Both the position numbers and the translations under genes were made by a program. Of a stretch of DNA of 64,000 nucleotides, positions 53,607 to 64,000 are shown piece by piece. Source of the stretch: a virus; IMG/VR virus record IMGVR_UViG_3300045012_000053, positions 1 through 64,000 of that record; one strand, 5' to 3'. Every line of letters begins with the position of its first letter. Position 1 is the first letter of the stretch. The notes beneath the pieces are model-generated. The model had not been told where the DNA came from. It ran no database searches and saw only the letters and a program-made list of their open reading frames with translations.

Positions 53607-55181
53607 ATGGCATACGGATATTTTTCAAGCTTGTCAACCGTACAGTTGCAGCACTTGGTTGATGTCGCGCAAACGTACGGTGACATAGAACCCGTACTCA
53701 ACGCGGGCGGATTCACGCAGACCATCGCGCTCTCTTGCGCGAACACTGTGATGAACGATATCTGCGCCGTAGCCTTCCCTCACAAGTGGAACGAGTTCGT
53801 CATCCCCCCTATTTACTCCAATAGCTTTCAGCAGGATTACGCGGTCGTAAACGCTGCGGGCGTGTCCGGAATCCTGACGCTCACATCGGTATCTCAAGTC
53901 TCGACCTCATCGAATACCACGACCTATCTCGGTACAATCGTTGGCGGTGACTTCGGTGGTTGGGTCGGTGTGCCGTTCGTGATCGCGGGCTTCACCAATT
54001 CGAACAACAACGGAACCTTCATGTGCGTCGCCTCATCGGCTGGCGCGCTCGTTCTACAAAACACAGGGACCGTGGAAACTCATGCGGCGACTGCAATATC
54101 AGCCGCAGGCCCGCTGCTTAATATGTCGTGGTTGGAGCGCGGCGTCGGATTCGACATCAATAACACGGCCATTCCGAAGCCGTTCGTTCGCATCGAGTGC
54201 GGACGTCAGCTACCACAGTTTACCGCGAGCTACACGGGCGGCGCGGGACTCGGCGACCCCGGCTTCCGCGTCAATTGGTTCCCGAACCGCACGCTGTACT
54301 ACGGCACGTGGGGACAAGCCAATGTTGGCGGTGCTACGCTGGGGAACAACCCCGGCCCGGGTTCGCTGTACATCAACCCGCTCGGCGCTTCCATCAGCGC
54401 GGCCTCGTGGGTCGGCGGGCACGCTGCGTTCACAGTCAACTACATCCCGTCTACGGTCACGCTCGGTTCGATTCTCACTGTCACCAGCGTGTTCCCGGTA
54501 GCCTACAACGGCAACTGGGTTGTCACCAACATCAGCGACTCGGTGCAGACTGCGCCCGTTATCACGGTTACGATGGTTGCTAACCCCGGCACATACGAGT
54601 CGGGCGGCATCATCAATAACACTGCGCCTCTATCTCAGCCGGACAACCCGATCACTCAGATCATTGACGCCAATGGAAACTTCTTGCTCCTAACCACGTA
54701 TGGTACCGAGGGCACTACAGCGCCTCTAGCAGCTGCGAACGCGGTTCCCGGCACCACAGTGTCAGGAACTGGCGCAACGACTGTGTGGACGGTTCTTGAC
54801 CCGAATGGGTGGGGCTTCCGCTTCTCTCCAGTTCCGTCTCAGACAGGCACCGAATGGCAGTTTAATCTGATCGCACAAATGAAGCCTGTTCGCTTCGTCA
54901 GCTTGAGCCAGACGCTGGCACCGTTGCCCGACGAATTCGAGCCACACTTTCGTGAAGGGTTTATTGCGCAGCTGTACAAGCGCTCCCCCGAGAAGGCGGT
55001 GTACGCGAAGTTCAAGGATATGTATCAGGTGTGGAAGGAATCTTTGAACAGCATGCGCGTGAAGGAAGACCGTGAGCTGGAAGAAAATAAGTTCATTCCC
55101 AGCCGCACCATCTTTGGCGCAGCACGTAGCCGCAATAACTTCCAAGGCGGCGCTTGGCCGTATAACTACCCGAGACCATAA
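53607..55181 (+). CDS. Putative head-tail adaptor with inserted beta domains
   Basis: FPHKWN...QQDY...PVPSQ...PLPDEF; synteny. Confidence 0.6.
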   Translation: MAYGYFSSLSTVQLQHLVDVAQTYGDIEPVLNAGGFTQTIALSCANTVMNDICAVAFPHKWNEFVIPPIYSNSFQQDYAVVNAAGVSGILTLTSVSQVSTSSNTTTYLGTIVGGDFGGWVGVPFVIAGFTNSNNNGTFMCVASSAGALVLQNTGTVETHAATAISAAGPLLNMSWLERGVGFDINNTAIPKPFVRIECGRQLPQFTASYTGGAGLGDPGFRVNWFPNRTLYYGTWGQANVGGATLGNNPGPGSLYINPLGASISAASWVGGHAAFTVNYIPSTVTLGSILTVTSVFPVAYNGNWVVTNISDSVQTAPVITVTMVANPGTYESGGIINNTAPLSQPDNPITQIIDANGNFLLLTTYGTEGTTAPLAAANAVPGTTVSGTGATTVWTVLDPNGWGFRFSPVPSQTGTEWQFNLIAQMKPVRFVSLSQTLAPLPDEFEPHFREGFIAQLYKRSPEKAVYAKFKDMYQVWKESLNSMRVKEDRELEENKFIPSRTIFGAARSRNNFQGGAWPYNYPRP

Positions 55182-55183
55182 TC

Positions 55184-56122
55184 ATGACTTTTACACTACA
55201 AAACACAATCAATTTCGTCGAGACCTACATTCAGTACGCGCCTCTCACAGCAGGTCTGGGGCAGGAGCCTGCGGTCTCAACAGGCTCTATGGTTCGCAAC
55301 TCGATGCTGAACGCGCCGCTGACGTGGCAGTTCAATCGCAACGAGGTTACGTTTCCCACTGTTGTGGGACAGCAGGACTACACCTTAGCAACGATGCCAG
55401 ATATGTCGTTCGTGGAAAAAGTCGCGCTGACAGATGATGCGGGCAACGTCTACGAAATCAAAGACATTTATAACAATTCAGCCTTGGCGGTTTCATCGTT
55501 TCAACAGCGTCCCAGCGCGGTGTCGGTAGAGTCTTCGTCCGTCATTACCAGCGTGTTGAACTACAAGCTTCGTTTCCTCGGCGTGCCGGACAAGATTTAT
55601 ACCGTGACGGTGACCTATCAGAAGCTGGCTCCTCAGTTTGGGCCATACTTTATCACCTCTGCGGCGAACGCGGCTGGCGGCAACACGGTATACACGGGTA
55701 GCTTTGACCCTCTATCGTTCCCCACGGGCGCGACTGCGATCATCACCGGATTCAAGACCAACGCGGTAAACAACGGCTCTTTCACTGTGGTGAGCGTCAC
55801 GACTACGACGCTGACTCTTGCAAACGCGGCGGGCGTTGCGGAAACGATTTCGGCTTACGCGAACAACTTCTCGTGGGCACCCATCCCCGATCAGTATTCG
55901 GATGTTTACAACAATTTGTTCCTTTCGGAAGCTATGGCTGGCGTCGATGACGCTCGCGCGCAGCTTTACCGCCAGCGTGGAGTAGCCGCGTTGATGGCGA
56001 AGTCAACAGGCTTGACAGAAATGCAGAAGAACGCGTTCGCCCAACAGTGGCTGGCGCGCGGCACGGAACGCGCCGCAGCAGCAGGAATGGCGCAGATAGG
56101 AAATAACAGCAGAGGCGTTTAA
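55184..56122 (+). CDS. Putative head-tail adaptor/tail tubular protein A
   Basis: TWQFNR...TVVGQQDYT...GVPDKIYTVTVTY...PIPDQY. Confidence 0.65.
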   Translation: MTFTLQNTINFVETYIQYAPLTAGLGQEPAVSTGSMVRNSMLNAPLTWQFNRNEVTFPTVVGQQDYTLATMPDMSFVEKVALTDDAGNVYEIKDIYNNSALAVSSFQQRPSAVSVESSSVITSVLNYKLRFLGVPDKIYTVTVTYQKLAPQFGPYFITSAANAAGGNTVYTGSFDPLSFPTGATAIITGFKTNAVNNGSFTVVSVTTTTLTLANAAGVAETISAYANNFSWAPIPDQYSDVYNNLFLSEAMAGVDDARAQLYRQRGVAALMAKSTGLTEMQKNAFAQQWLARGTERAAAAGMAQIGNNSRGV

Positions 56123-56128
56123 AGACTA

Positions 56129-59100
56129 ATGACTACACTTGTTGAGAGCAGCGGAGGCGGACCACAGAAGCAGCCCAAGTACGTTCCTATTTTCATGGAC
56201 CGTGCCTTCACCGGGTTGTACACCCAGCGTGCGGTGCTGCACGACCCGTCCGACGTTTACACAGCAAGATTCTACGGCGGACGACCGGATGCACTTCTAG
56301 GCGGACGCAACATCGAGCTGACCAACCGTTTGACGTTGCAGCGTCGCCCCGGCATGAGTGTGTTCGGCGGCGGCTCGCTTTATCCGACCACCCCAGATCG
56401 TGCGTTCTCTTTCCAATTGTCTGACGGAACCATTCGCGTAATTATCGACACCTCGTCGAGCGGTCTGCTGACAGTTACCAGCGCTAACAACGCGTCTGCG
56501 GGCACCACGGTTTACAACGGCACGTTTCCCGGCGGCGGCTCGAACGGATATGTAGGACTAAAGTTTTTGATCGCGGGCTTCGGAACCAACGCGGGCAACA
56601 ACGGTACGTTCACTGTAACGGCCTCAACAACAACGACATTGACGTTGAACAACCCGGCTGGTATCGCGGAAACAATCGCTGCGACAGCGATCACAGCGGG
56701 CGGCGTTTACTGGGATGAGCAGAACGGCAGCAAGGTTCTCTTGGTAGCCAAGTCTCCGGGCGCGGGCCAGATGTATTTCGTCTCCGTAGCTGGCATCCTT
56801 TACATGGGCGATGGCATTGACACGAGACAGTACACCCCGCTGAATTTGAACGGAACGATTTGGAACTGGGGAATTGTAGCACCGACGACCCAGCCGTCGG
56901 TTACGATCACATCTTCGGGCGCTGCGGCATCGAAGTGGCAAGCCTCGACCGTATTCTCAACGATGGGTCTGACGCTCGACACGAACGCTACGCCGCAAAT
57001 TTGGCAGGTCATCGGCACGAACGCGGACGGCTCTAACCCGTCCAATCCGCAGTTCGGCACAACCGGAACGGGAGAACCGAACTGGGCATCCGCGACTGCG
57101 GAGGGTTCGACGCTGGTTGACGGCGGCGTTACGTGGCAGAACGCGGGTATCATGAACGATTGGAAGGCCAATTCGTTCTACACCGATCTTGGATTTTTCG
57201 GCCACACTCCGGCTCCGTCGTTCGCAGATCCGGCGGCTATTGCGGTCGCGAACGTAAGCGCGATCTACGGTAACTATAAGAACTCTGGAAGCCTCGGGCA
57301 AACGGGAGCTGCGGCGAACGAGCCGCACTTCTCCGGCGTGTATCCGGGTTCGAGCTACTTCGACAACAACACGCACTGGTTCGCGGTTGGCAACTATTCG
57401 ACACCTGCTGGCATGGCGCTGATGCGCTGGAAGCCGTCGCATGTGTACACAGGGTGGCAGGGCGGCGGCAGCACGCTGTCTTTGAATGGCACGCCAAACT
57501 TCATTCTAACAAACAATCTTCCTGCGCCGCCTCTCACAACGGTTTATATGTTCGTACCGAAGGTTGGCGGAACATCGTCGTCAGGCTACCAGCCGTTCCC
57601 CGCAAGCGCGGGAATCGGTACCACGGTCAGCGACGGACAGATTCAGTGGTTGAATCTCGGACAAGGTGCGTGGCAGGCCAGCACGCCATACATTCAGTGG
57701 CAGGCTCAAGGCTTGACGTTCGGCGTAATTTGGGACGGAGCAAACTTTCAAGTCTGTATCGCAAGCGGAACCAGTGGGAGCCACATTCCGGGAACTACGC
57801 TCGCGACAGCGGTCAGCATCACGGCTGGTAACGCTTCGGGCGGCAACACGACGTACACGCTCGGCTCCGGCACATGGACCGTTACTCCGGCTGCGGGCGA
57901 TCAGATCACATTCAGTGGATTTACGAACGCGGGAAATAACGGAACGTATCAGGTTGTGTCCGCAACAACGAACACAATAACGGTCAAGAACGCGCAAGGC
58001 GTCTCGGAAACGCACAGCGCCTCGGCAGCGTACACCGCGTGGGCAACCACGTACGGCGGAACCACACAGGACGGCAGCATCACGTGGACCTGCGTAGGAC
58101 AGAACGTTGCGTGGGCTGCGGCACAAACTTGGAATTTCCCTTCGGTAGGATTTCAGCCGCCCGGTCCCTCAGAGCCGTTCGGTGGTTCCGAGGTCGACGG
58201 CACAAACAACTTCGTTCAAGCTGTAATCGAATCAGGAACATCAGGCTCGGTTCAACCAACATGGGTCACCCCGTCTTCCATCCCGCCGACAGTAACGGAT
58301 GGTACGATCACGTGGCAGGCGGTTGGACCTGTATCGACAAACTCGCTCTCGTGGTTGTTCGGTCTTGCATATGCATATGCATATAAGTCTCGAACGCTGA
58401 CGGACGCTTATTCGCCTCTGCCATTGGGCGGCGGACTAGTTCCCCCGGGCAGTGTCGTTCTAGGACCGCCGTTCGGTTCCGAGACGGGCGCGATTTCATC
58501 CGCGTCGCCCGCAAATCAAATTATCGGAGCGAATTCTGGCGCGGTAAACACAATTTTAGGAAACTATTCGCCGGACCCACAGGTTGATACGATTGTCATC
58601 TATCGTTCCGCAGACAGCGCGAGCGGTGCTGCGGATATGTTTGAGCTAACAGAAATCCCGAACATCCCGTCTCAGGCTGGAATCTCGAAGTGGCAGTTCC
58701 AAGACTTCCTGCCCAGCGTTGCGAACAGCGTTTTCCCGGGCTTGAACATTCTTTTCCCGGCTCCGATTGACGGAGTCAACAATCCGCCGAACTCTGCGTT
58801 CCTTCCGATGGTATACAACTACCAGCGTATTTGGGGCGCGCTCGGACAGAGCGTGGCCTTTTCGGGAGGCCCGGACACGGAAGTTGGAAATCCGAATCAA
58901 GCGTTTAACGTTGCTGACAACCTTCCGTTCCTCGCTCCAGTCATCCGTCTTGTGAAGACGCCGCAAGGCATCGTCACATTCTTGACTGACAGTATTGAAA
59001 TGATCGGCGGCGGTCCAGCAACTGCGACCTTCTTCTCGGTCACGATGGCACCGGGCGTGGGACTGTTATCTTACAACGCGTGCGACGTGTTTGCGGGAGA

Positions 59101-59890
59101 AATTTACTTCTTCTCCGCAGACAATATGTTCCGTGTAATCACTCCTGCGTTGAACCTTTCAAACTTTGGATTCCCGCTGGGCGATCAATTCGCTAATCAG
59201 CCGTCGTTCGGAAGTTTGGATACAACGTGGAACCCGAAGAACGTATACGTGGCGGTTCACCAAAACGGCACCGACAACTGCATCTTTGTTGCGGACGGCT
59301 CAACTGGGTGGTACCGCTTGAACCCGCACCAAGTGCCGGGCGCTGCGCAAGGACCGGAACCGATCTGGTCTCCGTTCGCGGCGATCACGGACGGTGTCAA
59401 GCTGGTTCAAAGCGTGGAAACATCTCCGGGCATTAAGCAGCTGCTTGCTGGCTCGGTTCTCCCAGCCGACAATCTAACGTTCCGCGATCTGACAGTCTTT
59501 CAAGACGAGGGCGTTTCATATGATGCGTTCTTCACGATGGGCAGTATCTCACTGGCTCACCCGGGACAGCTAGCGCTCGTGAAATTCTTAGAGTTCGACT
59601 TCTCCGGAATTGGGTTTCAGCCGACCGTTAGCTATTTGCTCAACGAGATCAGCGGCACATTCACGCCGTTCGTAAATGGTGCGAACGCGGTGCCTCAAGC
59701 CGACCCGCCGTCGATCTACGGGGCTACCTCTATCGCGACGAGCTACAGCCCGAACCGCTATTACTTTAGTTCGAACCCGGTGCTTGCGCGCTGCCGTCAC
59801 ATGCAGGTGAAGGTTGATTACGGCACAAACGCAACCGGAAACGAGCTGTACAGCATGACGATCTATGGTCGTCTAATGATCGAAACGTAA
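56129..59890 (+). CDS. Putative tail nozzle/tubular protein B with large insertion
   Basis: TLQRRPG N-terminus, propeller-like C-terminus (RCRHMQVKV), central DGxxTW repeats. Confidence 0.65.
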   Translation: MTTLVESSGGGPQKQPKYVPIFMDRAFTGLYTQRAVLHDPSDVYTARFYGGRPDALLGGRNIELTNRLTLQRRPGMSVFGGGSLYPTTPDRAFSFQLSDGTIRVIIDTSSSGLLTVTSANNASAGTTVYNGTFPGGGSNGYVGLKFLIAGFGTNAGNNGTFTVTASTTTTLTLNNPAGIAETIAATAITAGGVYWDEQNGSKVLLVAKSPGAGQMYFVSVAGILYMGDGIDTRQYTPLNLNGTIWNWGIVAPTTQPSVTITSSGAAASKWQASTVFSTMGLTLDTNATPQIWQVIGTNADGSNPSNPQFGTTGTGEPNWASATAEGSTLVDGGVTWQNAGIMNDWKANSFYTDLGFFGHTPAPSFADPAAIAVANVSAIYGNYKNSGSLGQTGAAANEPHFSGVYPGSSYFDNNTHWFAVGNYSTPAGMALMRWKPSHVYTGWQGGGSTLSLNGTPNFILTNNLPAPPLTTVYMFVPKVGGTSSSGYQPFPASAGIGTTVSDGQIQWLNLGQGAWQASTPYIQWQAQGLTFGVIWDGANFQVCIASGTSGSHIPGTTLATAVSITAGNASGGNTTYTLGSGTWTVTPAAGDQITFSGFTNAGNNGTYQVVSATTNTITVKNAQGVSETHSASAAYTAWATTYGGTTQDGSITWTCVGQNVAWAAAQTWNFPSVGFQPPGPSEPFGGSEVDGTNNFVQAVIESGTSGSVQPTWVTPSSIPPTVTDGTITWQAVGPVSTNSLSWLFGLAYAYAYKSRTLTDAYSPLPLGGGLVPPGSVVLGPPFGSETGAISSASPANQIIGANSGAVNTILGNYSPDPQVDTIVIYRSADSASGAADMFELTEIPNIPSQAGISKWQFQDFLPSVANSVFPGLNILFPAPIDGVNNPPNSAFLPMVYNYQRIWGALGQSVAFSGGPDTEVGNPNQAFNVADNLPFLAPVIRLVKTPQGIVTFLTDSIEMIGGGPATATFFSVTMAPGVGLLSYNACDVFAGEIYFFSADNMFRVITPALNLSNFGFPLGDQFANQPSFGSLDTTWNPKNVYVAVHQNGTDNCIFVADGSTGWYRLNPHQVPGAAQGPEPIWSPFAAITDGVKLVQSVETSPGIKQLLAGSVLPADNLTFRDLTVFQDEGVSYDAFFTMGSISLAHPGQLALVKFLEFDFSGIGFQPTVSYLLNEISGTFTPFVNGANAVPQADPPSIYGATSIATSYSPNRYYFSSNPVLARCRHMQVKVDYGTNATGNELYSMTIYGRLMIET

Positions 59891-61650
59891 TGGCCGACAA
59901 CTTCATAGACGAGAAGAAGGTACCCGAGAATCTGACGCCGATTGATGTACCTGCGACGGTTCCCGGGAGAGCGCCACTAGGTGCACCTGCGCCGCCTATC
60001 CCGCACAATATGCCGCAGTTCTTCTCAGGTTCTATGCCGCCGTCATTGCAGCACGACGTCAGCTTCGTGGGCACGGAAGTCGGGACACCGCGCATCGATA
60101 AGTATTCTTTGATGCCGTTCGGCAACCAAGCGAATCCATTCACGAACGCGGCAGCACAGAGTGCCGTGATTCAAACGGGTGGTTCGTCCACGCCTGTGGC
60201 TCCGTCCACGGACGTGGAGTCAATCGCGACCAACCTGCAAACGGGAACCAACTATACGGTTCAAGTGTCGGACTTGGACACGCTGATCTCGATCTCGAAT
60301 TCATCTCCGGGGACGGTGATTCTGCCGGGACCCCCGGGCGGTTCGTTCGCGCACGTTCAAACGGTGAACTTCAACGCGAGCGCGATGTCGGCTACCACGA
60401 CGATCACGAACACGGCTGGCAATCTGATGGTGCTATCTGTCAAGACCAGCGACGGTGGTTTGACATACCCGACGGTTGTCGACAGTAACGGTAACACGTG
60501 GAGAAAGATCACGGTCGTTCTCGACGGTGGAAATATTCCAACGTCTCTCTGGTACGCTTACAATATCGCGGGCGGTTCGAACACTATCGTCGTTACAAAC
60601 ATCTCGACAAGTTCGTTCTGCTTGCCGACCGTGTCCGAGTACTCGGGATTTTCGTCGGCTGACCCGCTCGATGCATTTGCAGACTATACAGACGCGGTTG
60701 GCACGCTGACGACGGTAGCAACAAATTGCGCTATTTATTCGGCCATCAACTGGGGAACGGTTTCCAACCCGACGTCTCCTGCGGGATGGACGCAGCGCTT
60801 CACCAATACAGAACAGCTAGTTCAAGATCGCCTCGCGCCTCTCGCGGCAACTACCGTAACGGTGGACAGCGTTCCGACTGTGGCTGGTGGTGATACTGCG
60901 TCGGTTGCGGCCAGTTTCAAGACAACGAACGGCCCGAACTTCTCCCGGTTCCCCTCGGGATGGTTCACGTACATTGAAAACCGGGGCACCGGAATCGTAA
61001 TGGTAACATCGGCGGCTCTAATCGATGGCAGTTCCTCGGCCATTTCGCTCCCGCCAAACACGGGCATTTTGGTTGTGTTCAACGGCGTGGGCTGGTACAC
61101 AATGCGCGGCGTTCCGCCGGGCGTTCTGCCTCAAGGATTCACGCTCGTCTCGAACGAGTTCCTAACGTCGTACAACGCGGCAACCGGATTGTTCACAGCG
61201 GCCAAGGCAGCGTTCATCGGATTGTCGGATACTCCGGCCAGCTATTCAGGTTCGGGAAACTTCGAGGTCGACGTCAACAGCGGCGCGACAGCGCTGGTGT
61301 TTAACCCGAGACCGTACGTTGTTTGCGCATTCGCTGGCGGCACGTACACGAACTCTCAGATTATTTTGGCGTACCCGGTAGACCGTGCGGTAACGTTTGC
61401 TGCAAACTTCTCCGGTTCCAAGGCAACGCTGACTGCGGCTGTAACAGCCTCGACAACGTTCTTGGTTCAAAAGAACGGCTCGACCATCGGGACAATCGTG
61501 TTCGCATCCGGCACTACAGCGACTTCGTTTACAACTTCCGGCGGCACTGCACAGACGTTCGCTGCGGGCGATATTCTATCTGTTCTAGGTCCGGCATCAG
61601 CAGACGCCACAGCGGCAGGTCTCGGATTCTCGTTGCAGGGAACTAGATAA
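59890..61650 (+). CDS. Putative tail fibre/appendage protein
   Basis: G/S/T-rich beta domains, FIGLSDTPASYSG. Confidence 0.65.
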   Translation: MADNFIDEKKVPENLTPIDVPATVPGRAPLGAPAPPIPHNMPQFFSGSMPPSLQHDVSFVGTEVGTPRIDKYSLMPFGNQANPFTNAAAQSAVIQTGGSSTPVAPSTDVESIATNLQTGTNYTVQVSDLDTLISISNSSPGTVILPGPPGGSFAHVQTVNFNASAMSATTTITNTAGNLMVLSVKTSDGGLTYPTVVDSNGNTWRKITVVLDGGNIPTSLWYAYNIAGGSNTIVVTNISTSSFCLPTVSEYSGFSSADPLDAFADYTDAVGTLTTVATNCAIYSAINWGTVSNPTSPAGWTQRFTNTEQLVQDRLAPLAATTVTVDSVPTVAGGDTASVAASFKTTNGPNFSRFPSGWFTYIENRGTGIVMVTSAALIDGSSSAISLPPNTGILVVFNGVGWYTMRGVPPGVLPQGFTLVSNEFLTSYNAATGLFTAAKAAFIGLSDTPASYSGSGNFEVDVNSGATALVFNPRPYVVCAFAGGTYTNSQIILAYPVDRAVTFAANFSGSKATLTAAVTASTTFLVQKNGSTIGTIVFASGTTATSFTTSGGTAQTFAAGDILSVLGPASADATAAGLGFSLQGTR

Positions 61651-62324
61651 TGTCACTGGCTTATGTTCAATCGAGTTCTGGATTTTCATCCGGCTCATCG
61701 TTCACGATAAACATCCCGGGAACCACGTTAGGCTCCTTGATTCTTTTGATGATCGTTACGGCTCCGGATACTGGCGGTCCAACAATCTCGTCCATCGTTG
61801 ATACGTTCACGAACACTTATCACTTGATAGATTCGAATCACGACAACGCCAGCTTCGGTGGAAAGATTTATACCTACGCCTGCTATCAGAATGCTGGAAG
61901 CGGTGGAAACAATGTCACGGTGAATTTGTCCGGCGCGTCGACATTTCTTTTAATCGGTTACGAGGAAATCACAGGACAGGATACGACGGCCCCTATCAGC
62001 GCGTTCGGGGCTTACCAGTATGTTTCATCTGGGACGTCGCCGTCCATTAATCCGGTGACCACTACCTTTCTCAGTCAGATGGTATTGGGGTTTGGATATC
62101 AAGGGTCAAACTCAGCATCAACGCCGGGTTCAGGATATACAGTTCGAGCCGGATTTGCCAACAGTTTTTTCACGGAAGATCAGCTGTTTTTTGGAACTGG
62201 AACTTTTACGCCGACAGCTACAAATAGCTCGGAAAAGTGGTTTGTTGGTTCGTTGGCAATCAAACCAGCGGGTGCTGTACCGCCATCTTCCGGAGCAGGG
62301 ACTATAGTGTTTGTGATAACATGA
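61650..62324 (+). CDS. Putative virion beta-sandwich protein
   Basis: DTFTNTY motif resembles DSNGNTW domain of the preceding gene. Confidence 0.6.
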   Translation: MSLAYVQSSSGFSSGSSFTINIPGTTLGSLILLMIVTAPDTGGPTISSIVDTFTNTYHLIDSNHDNASFGGKIYTYACYQNAGSGGNNVTVNLSGASTFLLIGYEEITGQDTTAPISAFGAYQYVSSGTSPSINPVTTTFLSQMVLGFGYQGSNSASTPGSGYTVRAGFANSFFTEDQLFFGTGTFTPTATNSSEKWFVGSLAIKPAGAVPPSSGAGTIVFVIT

Positions 62325-62746
62325 TAGAATTCAGAGATTCAACAGCTCAAGATCAGCCGCAAATTCTTGCGTGGACGTTGGCTGACCCGTATCACGGCCA
62401 TCAAGCGGAATACTCCGGGCCGGGATGGTGGTTGACCAATGCGGCTGGCAGTCTACTCGCCTTCTGTTTGAAAGATGAGCGTGGCCCCCTGAGTTACGTT
62501 CGTATCGATGCGGAAGGCGAGTACATTCGCATCCACATTCAGTTCGCGCCGGAGTCGGAAGTCTCGAAGCGCAGGTTGATAGCCGGGCTGATTACCGGGC
62601 TGAGAGCCATTAGAAAGTTTTACGAATCGTTCGGCGTGAAGGGGATGATCTTCAATTCGGTCAGTCCAACGCTGATAGCGTTCATGGAAAGACAAGGATT
62701 TAAGTCGGTGGGCAGTGATGACTATCGATTGGACTTCGAGGGATAA
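62321..62746 (+). CDS. GNAT-like protein before ejection genes
   Basis: IAFMERQGF; position typical of podoviruses. Confidence 0.5.
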   Translation: MIEFRDSTAQDQPQILAWTLADPYHGHQAEYSGPGWWLTNAAGSLLAFCLKDERGPLSYVRIDAEGEYIRIHIQFAPESEVSKRRLIAGLITGLRAIRKFYESFGVKGMIFNSVSPTLIAFMERQGFKSVGSDDYRLDFEG

Positions 62747-62751
62747 TAAGC

Positions 62752-63429
62752 ATGTGCGGACCATCGTCAAGTGAGAAGTCGTTACAGCAAGGGAGCGAAA
62801 ATTTCTCCCAGTTGTTGAACAACAACTATCAAGCGCTGTACGGCAATCAAGCGGATGTTTTAAAGGAAATCGGCAACTCTCTTTCGCCGACTCTGGCTGC
62901 GGGACCTAGCCAGCAAGGGTTCAGCGCGGCTGAACTGGCTGCGCGCAATACGCAGGCCATCAACAGCTCTGCTGCTGCGGGTCGTAACGCGGCGCAGGCG
63001 GCTCGTACGTTTGGCGCGGGTGAGGGCGGTGGCGGTACCAGCGGCTTGACATCCGGCATCACCAAGCAGATCGAGGGCAGCATTGCGTCCCAGACAACGA
63101 ACAACTTGGCGACCCAGCAGAACAACATCGTTAATGAGAACTACCAGCAAGGCAACCAGAACTACTGGCGCGCGGAAGGTGGGCTGCAAACTCTCGGACA
63201 GCAGTACGGCAGCGCAGCGTCTTCGGCAGAGACCGGAGCCATCAACGAAAACGCAGACTCCTTTGGACAAGCATCTCAGATCACGAAGGAAAACAATCAG
63301 GAAGCGGAGACCATCGCGGGCGGTATTACTTCTCTCGCGGGCGCGGCAATTCCCTTCGCTAACAACAACAACTTTTTGAGCGGTCTCGGCGGCGGCAAAA
63401 TATTTGGCCCCGGCGGATTCTTCGGATAA
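62752..63429 (+). CDS. Putative DNA ejection/pilot protein
   Basis: MCG start, Q/N/A/G-rich helical. Confidence 0.6.
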   Translation: MCGPSSSEKSLQQGSENFSQLLNNNYQALYGNQADVLKEIGNSLSPTLAAGPSQQGFSAAELAARNTQAINSSAAAGRNAAQAARTFGAGEGGGGTSGLTSGITKQIEGSIASQTTNNLATQQNNIVNENYQQGNQNYWRAEGGLQTLGQQYGSAASSAETGAINENADSFGQASQITKENNQEAETIAGGITSLAGAAIPFANNNNFLSGLGGGKIFGPGGFFG

Positions 63430-63440
63430 GGAATATATCA

Positions 63441-64000
63441 ATGACGATTCAAGATAGCGCCACACCACAGTTAGATCAGAACGGGAACCCGCTTCCCGCG
63501 CAAGGCGCGGCACCCGGTGCGCCTCCTCCATCACCGATTGTTTCCGGTGCGCCGGACTTGGCAACTGCGGTCGCGCAAGCATTTTTGAAGCATACGGCTC
63601 AGATCGCGCAGAACTCGACAGTGGCTCAAAGCGCGAGAGCGGCGGAAGCGCAGAAGGCTCTTGCCTCCGCAACTCCCGCAGTCGACCGTCCTGTAGATGA
63701 CGACAATCAAGCGTCAGCGCCCGGCTCATTTGCATCCAAGCTGACTGGAGCGCTCGGCGACGCGGCTCACGCGACCGACCGCCCGGGCGGGTGGTTGAGC
63801 GGCGTGGTGAATACATTGAACGCGAAGAATGTGCGTCTCGCTCAAGAACAGAAGGACGCAGTTTTGATGGCGAAGTCACAAGCGGAAAACATTGCGCTGC
63901 ACCGCAACTTCTATCAGCAGGATTTGCAGCACCGTCAGCAGTTTCAAGAAGGTAACAAGGCGTTCTTCTCTCAGTACAGAGAGTCGAACGATGTGCAAGA
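63441..64000 (+). CDS. Putative internal virion/ejection protein (partial)
   Basis: ATG 63441 with AAGGA RBS, apparently open to window end. Confidence 0.6.
   Translation, partial: MTIQDSATPQLDQNGNPLPAQGAAPGAPPPSPIVSGAPDLATAVAQAFLKHTAQIAQNSTVAQSARAAEAQKALASATPAVDRPVDDDNQASAPGSFASKLTGALGDAAHATDRPGGWLSGVVNTLNAKNVRLAQEQKDAVLMAKSQAENIALHRNFYQQDLQHRQQFQEGNKAFFSQYRESNDVQ

Noticed and set aside
56129-62324. Diversity-generating retroelement acting on tail genes
   Set aside because: No reverse transcriptase and no near-identical template/variable repeat pair noticed; repeats are at protein level only.
62860-63879. Long antisense ORFs (also 9703-10557, 4694-5377, 8408-9088)
   Set aside because: They lie opposite well-supported genes, as expected in GC-rich coding DNA.
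1-64000. Prophage boundaries or host assignment
   Set aside because: No integrase, att site or host genes are visible; the host cannot be determined from this sequence alone.

Overview
The window is part of a tailed-phage genome, probably podovirus-like, with no integrase, rRNA or host housekeeping genes. It has two divergent arms. The minus strand (1-24.9 kb) carries replication, recombination, nucleotide-metabolism and small early genes: UvrD, a single-strand annealing protein, a family A DNA polymerase split by an endonuclease gene, primase-polymerase, DnaQ-like exonuclease, HD nucleotidase, dNMP kinase, dCMP deaminase, a C5 methyltransferase encoded in two overlapping frames, DUF932 and SprT. 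A 1.4 kb repeat-rich non-coding region follows (24.9-26.3 kb). The plus strand carries a promoter-driven array of about 31 CCA-ending tRNA genes (29.0-36.8 kb) mixed with other structured RNAs, then morphogenesis genes (terminase, portal, scaffold, major capsid, adaptors, nozzle, fibres, ejection proteins). The main observations are: (1) an apparently complete, compact RNase P RNA inside the tRNA array; (2) a two-hairpin kissing-loop motif, with loops that differ between copies but stay complementary, covering the ribosome-binding site of three different HNH/EndoVII genes; (3) a small twin-arginine protein built from rearranged major-capsid fragments; (4) a split DNA polymerase whose catalytic half needs a +1 shift at a prfB-like CTT-TAA-C site; (5) several tRNA mimics and pseudoknotted RNAs. 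All calls were made by eye from motifs and base pairing; no searches were run.
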